From Spirochaetaceae bacterium (lineage in GTDB: Bacteria > Spirochaetota > Spirochaetia > DSM-2461), in assembly GCA_965224705.1 (NCBI GenBank), contig OZ245056.1, positions 32,001-96,000 on the forward strand: a DNA stretch of 64,000 bases, given 5' to 3'. The position numbers and the translations under genes were made by a program. Below the pieces are notes generated by a model. The model was not told where the DNA came from and searched no databases. It saw only the letters and a program-made list of their open reading frames with translations. Each line of letters opens with the position of its first letter. Position 1 is the first letter of the stretch. Positions 31,214 to 39,900 of this stretch are shown piece after piece.

Positions 31214-32680
31214 GTGATTGTACTGATGGTCTGTTCTGAGGCCGTTCCATTTGTTAAATCCGGCGGCCTTGGGGATGTTGTTCCTGCGCTGGCCGGAGCA
31301 TTGAGTAAAAGGGGACACGATGTTGGCCTTCTGATGCCCCGATACTACTCCGTGGATAAAAGCCAACTTGAGAAGCTGGATGAACCCCTGGGCATTCCAA
31401 CCGGTCAGCAGGAATTGTGGTGTGGAGTGTACAGAACCCAACTCCCTGGAAGCCGTGTTCCGATCTGGATGCTGGACAGGGAGGATCTATTCGGCCGTCA
31501 GGGGATCTATGGTCCTGACGGTTCTCATCCCTGGCCTGACAATGCCCTTCGATACGGCTTTCTTTCCATAGCAGCATTTCAATTATCCCGATACCTGAAC
31601 CGCATCCCCGACATTCTTCATCTGCATGACTGGCAGGCAGCCCCAGCGGCCTGGCTTCTGAAAAACTGGGAGCGAAACCGCGGTTTTGAACGAACGGCGT
31701 CTGTACTCAGCATACACAATCTTGGCTACCAGGGTGTTTTTCCCGCATCTGAATCATGGATATTTCCTCCGGAACCTCGAAAACTGGCCCGGGAAAGTCT
31801 CTTCAGAAAAGATGGCATGATGAACTTCCTTGCTGCGGGAATCAATACAGCCGATGCAATCAACACAGTCTCCCCGGCATATGCGAAAGAAATACTCTGT
31901 GCCGAGTATTCTCATGGACTCGACGACATACTGACTGCCAGAGCCGACAAGCTGACAGGCATACTGAACGGGATGGATTACCATGACTGGAATCCGGCCA
32001 GAGATAAGGCATTGAAACCGTATAACTACGACAGGAGAAGACTCTGGAGGAAGGCGAAATTAAAGGTCATCCTACAGAAGAAGGCCGGTCTACCTGTGGA
32101 CAAAACCATACCACTGTACGGAATGGTATCCAGATTGACAGGTCAGAAGGGTATTGACCTCATGATAGAACCCGCATCTCATGCCATGGAGGTATTCCGC
32201 ACAGGTCGGGCTCAACTGGTTATTCTCGGTACTGGTGAGAAAAAATATGAAGAAGCACTGCAGGCGTTTGGGAAAAAATTTCCCCACTCCTGCAGTATCA
32301 ATCTGGAATTCAGCAACTCCTTTTCCAGACTGATTGAAGCAGGCTCCGATATGTTTCTTATGCCCAGTCAATATGAACCCTGCGGATTGAATCAGATGTA
32401 TTCACTCCGATATGGAACCCTTCCCATCGTTCGACAGACCGGAGGACTGGCTGATACAGTGATTGATTTAGATGAAGATCCTGTTACCGGGAACGGGTTT
32501 GTGTTCGGCAAACTGGACAGCAGGGAGTTCGCCGATGCGATAATGAGGTCGATCACTGTATTCAATGACAGGAAGAAGCTGAAAACTGCACGCAGACGGG
32601 CAATGAAGCTTCGTTTCGACTGGGATCTGTCCTCCATCGGTTATGAAGCGATGTACAGGGAGGCACTGGATGAACTGTAA
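31214..32680 (+). CDS. glgA: Glycogen synthase
   Basis: KSGGLGDV, HLHDWQ, SRLTGQKG, PSQYEPCGLNQM. Confidence 0.95.
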   Translation: MIVLMVCSEAVPFVKSGGLGDVVPALAGALSKRGHDVGLLMPRYYSVDKSQLEKLDEPLGIPTGQQELWCGVYRTQLPGSRVPIWMLDREDLFGRQGIYGPDGSHPWPDNALRYGFLSIAAFQLSRYLNRIPDILHLHDWQAAPAAWLLKNWERNRGFERTASVLSIHNLGYQGVFPASESWIFPPEPRKLARESLFRKDGMMNFLAAGINTADAINTVSPAYAKEILCAEYSHGLDDILTARADKLTGILNGMDYHDWNPARDKALKPYNYDRRRLWRKAKLKVILQKKAGLPVDKTIPLYGMVSRLTGQKGIDLMIEPASHAMEVFRTGRAQLVILGTGEKKYEEALQAFGKKFPHSCSINLEFSNSFSRLIEAGSDMFLMPSQYEPCGLNQMYSLRYGTLPIVRQTGGLADTVIDLDEDPVTGNGFVFGKLDSREFADAIMRSITVFNDRKKLKTARRRAMKLRFDWDLSSIGYEAMYREALDEL

Positions 32681-32707
32681 TCCGTTGACCCTGAAACCAC
32701 CATACAC

Positions 32708-33298
32708 TTAGTAATCAGTCCTCTTTCGCCAGCATTCTGTTAGATGGTCATCAACCAATCCCGTCGCCTGAAGATGGGCATACACCACAACGGGACCAAA
32801 GAATTTGAATCCCATTGATTTCATTTCCCTGGCTATCCGTTCGGAATGAGGGGTACACACAGGAATATCATCCAATTGTTTCCAGTGGTTCACAATTGGG
32901 CCATTGTCGAAAAATCCAAGAAGCCAGTTACCAAACGATCCATGCTTCTCCCGAATATTCAGAAATATCCGGGCGTTGGAAATGGATGCCTCTATTTTCC
33001 GCCGATTACGGATTATTCCATCATTTTCCAGCAGGCGGAGTACATCGTTTTCGTCAAACCGAGCCACCAGCTCCGGGTCAAATTCCGCATATGCCCTCCG
33101 GTATTCTTCCCGTTTCCGTAAAATCAACAGCCAGGACAGGCCTGCCTGAGCCGACTCCAGAATCAGAAACTCGAACTGGGTTTTGTCGTCCAGAGTCAGC
33201 TTCCCCCACTCAACATCGTGGTATTGCCTGTACTGATCGTCTCCGGCACACCATCCGCAGCGTTTTTTGCCGTCAACACCTGTTTCCAGATTCTGCAT
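32708..33298 (-). CDS. tag: DNA-3-methyladenine glycosylase I
   Basis: RCGWC, YHDVEWG, QAGLSW, DDHLTEC; start revised to ATG 33298. Confidence 0.92.
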   Translation of the reverse strand: MQNLETGVDGKKRCGWCAGDDQYRQYHDVEWGKLTLDDKTQFEFLILESAQAGLSWLLILRKREEYRRAYAEFDPELVARFDENDVLRLLENDGIIRNRRKIEASISNARIFLNIREKHGSFGNWLLGFFDNGPIVNHWKQLDDIPVCTPHSERIAREMKSMGFKFFGPVVVYAHLQATGLVDDHLTECWRKRTDY

Positions 33299-33428
33299 TG
33301 AGTTCAGATCCTCCTCCTGATTATAAATATAATACACGATCCAACAAATTGAAGCAAACAAACTGTTTTCCCCGGACACCACTCAATGCTTTTTGAAATG
33401 CCTTTTCGGCAGGTTGTTTGAGTAAGTG

Positions 33429-34575
33429 CTACCTGCTGTAATCTGAGATAATCCTGGTAAACATAGAATCCAGATTTCTGTCCACCCTCTGCTGCGCTGG
33501 ATTGTTTTTGTACCAGGCTGCGATTTCCCGCGCCCCGTCCCGGAAAGGTATTTTCGGAGCGAAGTCCGGCACAATTGATTTTATTTTTGTGTTGTCAAAA
33601 ATCATGCTATGGGTTTTATCTCCCAGAAGGCTGTCTCCCATTGCTCTGTCATATCCGGCAATTACTTTAGAGGGCACATGGACTATCCTGGGCTCAACCT
33701 CCAGGAGTCTGTCGGACTTTAAGACTTCGAGGCGATTTTTGATGATTTTTTTTCTGATACAAGGCGCCAAAAGCGGAGCGTAGCTGGGCTACGTGAGCAT
33801 TTTGGCAACGCGGTAGCGGGAAAAAAGGGCAAAAATCGAGCCGTGAGGCGTAAGTCCGACAGGCTCCTAGTTCCGCCGCCAGGATCCGGGCGATCTGGTC
33901 CCAGCTCAGCAATTCGTCAGAGGTTATGTGATAAGCCTGATTTATTGCCTCTGTTTTTCCCAGAATACCCACCAGTCCTCTGGCAAAGTCTTTATGATGA
34001 GTCAATGTCCACAATGAAGTCCCATCACCATGAATGACAATCGGTTTTCCTTTCAGCATTCTGTCAAAAACAGTATAACCCCCTTCCAGAGGTATCAGGG
34101 TTTTGTCATAGGTGTGGGACGGCCGGATTATGGTGAAGGGAAATCCGGTTTCCTTCCAGGATTTTCGCAGAAGGAGTTCGCAGGCGATTTTATTCTGGGA
34201 ATACTCCCAGATAGGGTTTTCCAGAATTGTCTCTTCAGTCACCGGCAGTTTTTCTGGCGGGGTCTGGTACGCCGATGCCGAACTGATGAAAACATATTGT
34301 TTTGTCCGGTTTTTGAATAGTTCAATATCCCTCAGGATATCATCCGGGTGGAAGGCTATCCACTGCACCACTGCGTCAAAGCGATGATCTCCCAGGACTT
34401 TTTTTGCCTGACTAACATTATGGATATCGGCAGTCATCGCCGTAACGCCGTTTACCCGCCGCAGAGATGAACTCTGTCCCCGATTCAGGTGATAGAGATC
34501 AACTCCCCTGGCCACGGCTAATTCCGAACTTGCCGAGCTGATGATTCCTGTTCCGCCTATAAATAATACCTTCAT
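33429..34575 (-). pseudogene. NAD-dependent epimerase/dehydratase (extended SDR) interrupted by MITE family A, frameshifted by 1 nt
   Basis: GGTGIIS, FISSASAY, YSQNK; the C-terminus EVEPRIVHVPS... continues in another frame after the insert; removing 166 bp gives a 326-aa ORF. Confidence 0.88.
33705..33866. mobile_element. MITE family A, 162-bp copy inside the epimerase gene
   Basis: TIRs; flanks CCAG/CTAG; T8 tract at 33746-33753. Confidence 0.92.
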
Positions 34576-34651
34576 GGCAGCGACTATACCCTGAAATACT
34601 CTTTCTGGATAGGGTTATCCTGTTGAAAGATCTGGAATTACATACTTCCAA

Positions 34652-34697
34652 AAGCCTGTCGGACTCACGGCTTGAAGCCCCAAAATCCGGCAGGCTC
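34652..34697. repeat. Internally deleted mini-copy of MITE family A at the gltA stop codon
   Basis: AGCCTGTCGGAC-TCACGGCTTGAAGCCCCAAAA-TCCGGCAGGCT retains both termini. Confidence 0.6.
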
Positions 34698-36067
34698 TAT
34701 GAATCCTGTACCCGTTCCGTTAGAGGGATGTATGGTCGGCTTCGGGTGATGCTCCGGTAAGCCGGCCGGATAATTCGGCCACCGGATACCAGCTCTTCAA
34801 CCCGATGCGCGCACCAGCCCGCGATGCGGGAGATGGCAAAGATGGGGGTGAAGAGTTCCCGGGGAAGATTCAGCAGGCAATAAACAAACCCTGAGTAGAA
34901 GTCGACATTGGCGCATAAGTCCTTGGCCTTTCCCGTTACTTCGGAGAACAGCCGGGGTGTGACTTTTTCAACGATTTGGTAAAGGTTGAATTCCTCCCCC
35001 CAATCGGCCGTTCCCGCCAATTCAGAAGCCTTCATCTTCAGAAGCTCTGCCCTTGGATCCGACAGGGTGTACACCGCGTGACCAATCCCGTATACCAGAC
35101 CTTTGCGGTCAAAGGCTTCCTTTTTGAGAATTTTCGTGATGTAGGCCGCAATCTCGTCTTCATCGGCCCAATCCCTGACATGCTCTCCGATGTCCCTCAT
35201 CATCGTGCGAACCATTATGGCTGCGCCGCCGTGAAGCGGGCCTTTCAGTGAACCAACGGCCGCCGTGATGGCGGAATAGGTATCGGTACCGGTGGATGTT
35301 ACGACATGGGTACTGAATGCCGAATTGTTGCCGCCGCCGTGTTCGGCGTGAAGGACAAAGCAGAGGTCGAGGATTTCCGCCTCCTGGGCCGTGTAGGATT
35401 GATCCTTTCTAATCATCTGCAAAAAGTTTTCCGCCGTACTCTTCGCCGGATCGGGCGAATGGAGGTACAGGCTTTCGCCATTGAAGTAGTGATTTTTCGC
35501 TTGGTAGGCGTAGGCGACGATGGAAGGAAAACGGCTGATCAACTGAACGCTCTGCCTCAGCACATTCGGGATATCGATTGTTTCGGCATCGTGGTCGAAT
35601 GAATAAAGCGATAATACGGATTGGGCGAGTTTGTTCATGATGTTGCCGCTGGGCGCCTTGAGTATCATGTCCTCTGTAAAATTGTCGGGGAGCCGCCGCA
35701 GTTCGCCAATGCGGCCGCAGAAGTTATTGAGTTCCTGTTCTTCCGGTAAATAGCCGAAAAGGAGAAGAAACGCCGTTTCCTCGAAACCGCTTCGGCCTTC
35801 GGCCTGGAATCCGGCAACAATATCTTTCAAATCTATTCCGCGGTAGCGCAGCACCCCCGGTACGGGAGTCTTTGCCCCTTCATCCATGATATACCCATGA
35901 ACCTGCCCCACCTCGGTAAGACCAACGAGAACCCCGGTCCCGTCTGAGTTTCGCAAGCCTCGTTTGACCGAATACTTCTCATAGAGTTCGGCGGGTATGC
36001 GGTTTTGGCGGTCGGCGATTTTCGCATATTTCTTCAAAAAAGGATGCATTTCTCTCTCGTTCATCAA
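34697..36067 (-). CDS. gltA: Citrate synthase
   Basis: LHAEHGGGNNS, GPLHGGA, GIGHAVY..DPRA, NVDFYSG. Confidence 0.92.
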   Translation of the reverse strand: MMNEREMHPFLKKYAKIADRQNRIPAELYEKYSVKRGLRNSDGTGVLVGLTEVGQVHGYIMDEGAKTPVPGVLRYRGIDLKDIVAGFQAEGRSGFEETAFLLLFGYLPEEQELNNFCGRIGELRRLPDNFTEDMILKAPSGNIMNKLAQSVLSLYSFDHDAETIDIPNVLRQSVQLISRFPSIVAYAYQAKNHYFNGESLYLHSPDPAKSTAENFLQMIRKDQSYTAQEAEILDLCFVLHAEHGGGNNSAFSTHVVTSTGTDTYSAITAAVGSLKGPLHGGAAIMVRTMMRDIGEHVRDWADEDEIAAYITKILKKEAFDRKGLVYGIGHAVYTLSDPRAELLKMKASELAGTADWGEEFNLYQIVEKVTPRLFSEVTGKAKDLCANVDFYSGFVYCLLNLPRELFTPIFAISRIAGWCAHRVEELVSGGRIIRPAYRSITRSRPYIPLTERVQDS

Positions 36068-36735
36068 TCTTTCCTCTCAAATATGATGTCGCGGATAACT
36101 CGTTCCGCGCTTTTCCCTTTTTCCTCAAATTTCGTATGGGGCCTGTAATCCGGTTTCGGCGCCCAGGAACTATGGCGGTTTCTCAAGCCCCGCTGCCCTC
36201 CCAGGGTAGTCAGGATATGCTCGGCATAGGGTTCCCAATCCGTCGCGGCATGAATAATTCCCCCATCCCTCAGAGATTGTGTGAGAAGGCTCACGAATTC
36301 CGGGTTTATCAGCCGGCGCTTATGGTGCTTCTTCTTCGGCCATGGATCGGGAAACCATATATGTACGGCGTCGACACTGGAAGGAGGAATCTGATGGCGA
36401 AAAACTTCGACAGCATCTTTGCAGGCGATGCGGACATTCGTTAGGCTCTCTTCCTTTATCCACCACAGTAGTTTCCCGACTCCAGGGGTATGAACCTCGA
36501 TGCCGAGTATCCCCCAGTCGGGATGAGCGGCGGCAACCTGCCTGGTGGCATCTCCCATGCCAAAACCTATTTCGACTATGTTCCGGTTTGCACCGGGAAA
36601 CATCTCGCGCCAATTCACGACGTCATCACGAATATCCCAGATCGGCAGCAACTCCTCATAGGTCCGTTTCCGCGCTGGAGACATCCGTGAGGCTCTAATT
36701 ACATAACTTTTTATATGATGTGATATGACCGTCAT
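36064..36735 (-). CDS. trmB: tRNA (guanine-N7)-methyltransferase
   Basis: EIGFGMG, FPDPWPKKKHHKRRL, ATDWEPYA, TKFE; start revised to about 36735 because the upstream extension is MITE sequence. Confidence 0.92.
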   Translation of the reverse strand: MTVISHHIKSYVIRASRMSPARKRTYEELLPIWDIRDDVVNWREMFPGANRNIVEIGFGMGDATRQVAAAHPDWGILGIEVHTPGVGKLLWWIKEESLTNVRIACKDAVEVFRHQIPPSSVDAVHIWFPDPWPKKKHHKRRLINPEFVSLLTQSLRDGGIIHAATDWEPYAEHILTTLGGQRGLRNRHSSWAPKPDYRPHTKFEEKGKSAERVIRDIIFERKD

Positions 36736-36785
36736 TCTGCGCTGAGATGTAATGAACCGCTCGCCGTCCCTTTCTTTGCGGCCAG

Positions 36786-36946
36786 GAGTCTGTCGGACTT
36801 TAAGGCTTCGAGGCGATTTTTGATGATTTTTTCCTGATGCAAGGCGACAAAAACGGAGCGTAGCTGGGCTACGTGAGTATTTTGGCAACGCCGTAGCGGG
36901 AAAAAAGGGCAAAAATCGAGCCGTGAGGCGTAAGTCCGACAGACTC
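36786..36946. mobile_element. MITE family A, 161-bp copy abutting the adhesin stop codon
   Basis: TIRs; flanks CCAG/CTAG; the CTAG contains the TAG stop of the 1912-aa gene. Confidence 0.92.
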
Positions 36947-39900
36947 CTAGAACCATGTTGGTGGGCTGCCTGCCATTCCACTTCCCGTAAACATATTGCT
37001 CCGATCCAGGTTTGGATTTATGCTGCTGGGAGAAACAGCCCAATTCTCAAGGTTTTGATCAAACGCGGCGGCAAGACCAAACATAGAACCCATGTTGGTC
37101 ACTTTCCCCACATTCCAGCCCCCTATGTTCTGGTTGAACTGAGAGGCGTTGAAGAACATACCCTGCATGTTTTCGACATTCCCGACATCCCAGCCGCCTA
37201 TGTCCTGATTGAACTGGGAGGCGTCGAAGAACATAGTGGCCATGTTGGTCACATTACTAACATCCCAACTTGAAATATCACCATTGAATTCCGCTCCCCA
37301 GCTATTGTGGATCGGGTTAAAAAGATCCGACATATCGGTTATCGAACTGGTATCTATCGTCTGGAAGTCGCCGTTTGAACCCTGCCTATTGATTTCCGCC
37401 TCCAGCAGCGTAACAAGCTCATTCTTGCCGGTCGGCCTGGCATAAACCAGCAGGGTGGTTGGCGGTGTCGAGACAATCTCACCTCCGATGTGAGCGGTAA
37501 TGGTGTAGTCCTTGATGGCCAGTGCGGTAGGAGTACCTTCAAGCTCTCCCGTGGAAAAATTGAAGGTTATTCCGGCCGGCAAAGTGCTGGGGCTTATCTC
37601 GTAGTTCTGAAGGCCATCAGGAACAGTGCCCCTTTCCCATGTCGGCATTACGGAGAACTCGGCATCCTTCAATGTCCTCACGGCATCCGCTGTGCCGTAG
37701 GAAAACGTGTCGGCCAGAGGAGTCGCCGACACCGCATTCGCCGCGTTACTCTCACCGGCATTGTTCGATGCCGTGATGATGAAGTAATACAGGGTTCTAT
37801 TCTTCAGTCCCGGCACAACCATTGAGGTATCCCCCGGACCGGCCATCACTTTGGCCGCCGCTGCCGTTGAGACGTTTGCATCTGTCGAATAATAGACCGT
37901 GTAACCAGTCAGTGTTGGCGGAGTACCTTTGTTGACAGGCGCAGCCCAATTGAGCGTGACTTCACCATGGCCCGCCGCAGCCGAAACACTGGCGGGAGAA
38001 TCAGGCTTTATACCCGGAATCATCGGCAGCGGATTTGTTTCAACGCCTTTGCCCGCGGCGTTTGAAGCTGTCATGATGAAGTAATAAGTGGTTCCCGCTG
38101 TAAGGCCGGTAACCGTTATGGAGGTATCCCCTGAACCGGCCGTTTCGGTGCCTTCCGGGTTAGAGATTGAGAAGCTCGCGGTTTTCGAGTAATAGATGGA
38201 GTAATCCGTCAGCGGGGTTAGCGCGCCGCCGTAATAGCCAGTATAAGTCGGTGCAGCCCAATTAAGCGTAACCGTTGTATCTGTCACCGTTCCTGAAACG
38301 CTGGCGGGCACTCCAGGTCTGCTGTTAAGAGTGACCGACTGCTCGGATGACGCTGTACTCACACCGACCGTATTCGCCGCTGTCGCGATGAAGTAATACG
38401 GTGTTCCAGGGGCATCGATGGTTATGTTCTCGGAACCAATTGGATTACTTGTAACGATTGAAGTGGTGCCATCGTATTGACTGCTGACCAGGCCAACATT
38501 CGCTGAGTCAGCATAATAGATATCGATCCGGGTTAATGTTGCCTCCGTGCCCCCGTCATAGCCTGTATCAGACACCTCCCAGTCCAGCTTAACTCCAGTT
38601 TGGGTGGTTGACACGCGGATGGTGGGCGCTCCAGGCGCGGCATCCGTAAACGTCGATACCGGGGACGTGAGGGATCCCTCTCCAGCACCGTTCGATGCCG
38701 TCATTCTAAAGTAATACTGTGTGCCGCCGTTGAGATTGTTCACCATCTTCGAGGTTTCATCGGAACCCGCCGTTACGCTCGGACTCGACGCTGAAACGTT
38801 CGCGCTGGCTGAGTAATAGATCCTATAATCACTGAGTGATGCCGAAACACCGCTGTCATACCCCGTGAAAGCAGGCGCTGACCAACTTAGCGTGACCTGC
38901 CCGTTTCCGCCCCTTGCGGAAACTCCCGTGGGCACTCCAGGCGCGGCGTCCGTAAACGTCGATACCTTAGACGTGAGAGGACTATTTCCGCCGCCGTTAG
39001 AGGCCCTCATCATGAAGTAATACTGTGTGCCGCCATTGAGACCACTCACCACTTTCGACGTTTTGCCGGAATCTGCCGTTACACTTGAACTTGATGTCGA
39101 GACGTTCGCGCTGGTTGAGTAATAGATAGTGTAATCATCAAGCGATGCCGCTGTGCCTCTGTAGTATCCCTCAAAAGCAGGTGCATCCCAACTGAGCGTG
39201 ACCTGCCCGTTTCCGCCTATCGCGGAAACGTTCGTGGGTGCTCCAGGCACGGCATCCGTAAACGTCGATACCGGGGCCGTAAGAGGACCATCTCCGGTGC
39301 CGTTTGAGGCCCTTATCAGGAAGTAGTATTGTGTGCCGCCAAAGAGATTGTTCACCACCTTCGAGGTCTCATCAGAAGCAGCCGGTATGCTTGGATCCGA
39401 CGTTGAAACATTCGCGCTGGCTGAATAATAGATCCTGTACTCACCGAGCGATGCCTCCACGCCGCTGTGATAGCCCCTGGAATCAGGCGCTGTCCAACTC
39501 AACGAGGCCTTTCCGCTTCCGCCCATCGCGGAAACGCCCGTGGGTTCCCCAGGTACGGCATCCGTAAACGTTGGCGCCGCGGGCGTGAGAAGACCATCTC
39601 CGGCACCGTTCGAGGCCCTTATCAGGAAGTAATATTGCGTACCGTCATTGAGACTGTCCACCACCCGTGAGGTTCTATCCGGACCCGCCGTTACACTCGA
39701 ACTCGACGTTGAAACGTTCGAGTTGGTTGAGTAATAGATTGTGTAATCGCCGAGCGATGCGGGCACGCCGTTGTAATAGCCCCTGGAAGCGGGCGCTGTC
39801 CAACTCAGCGTGACTTGCCCATCCCCGCCCATCGTGGAAACGCCAGTGGGTACTCCAGGCACGGCATCCGTAAACGCCGATACCTCCGACGTGGGCGGGC

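Noticed and set aside
36736..36981. N-terminal 80-aa extension of TrmB in the ORF track
   Set aside because: It reads through the MITE's open frame and overlaps the adhesin end; TrmB homology begins near 36735. A real fusion is unsupported.
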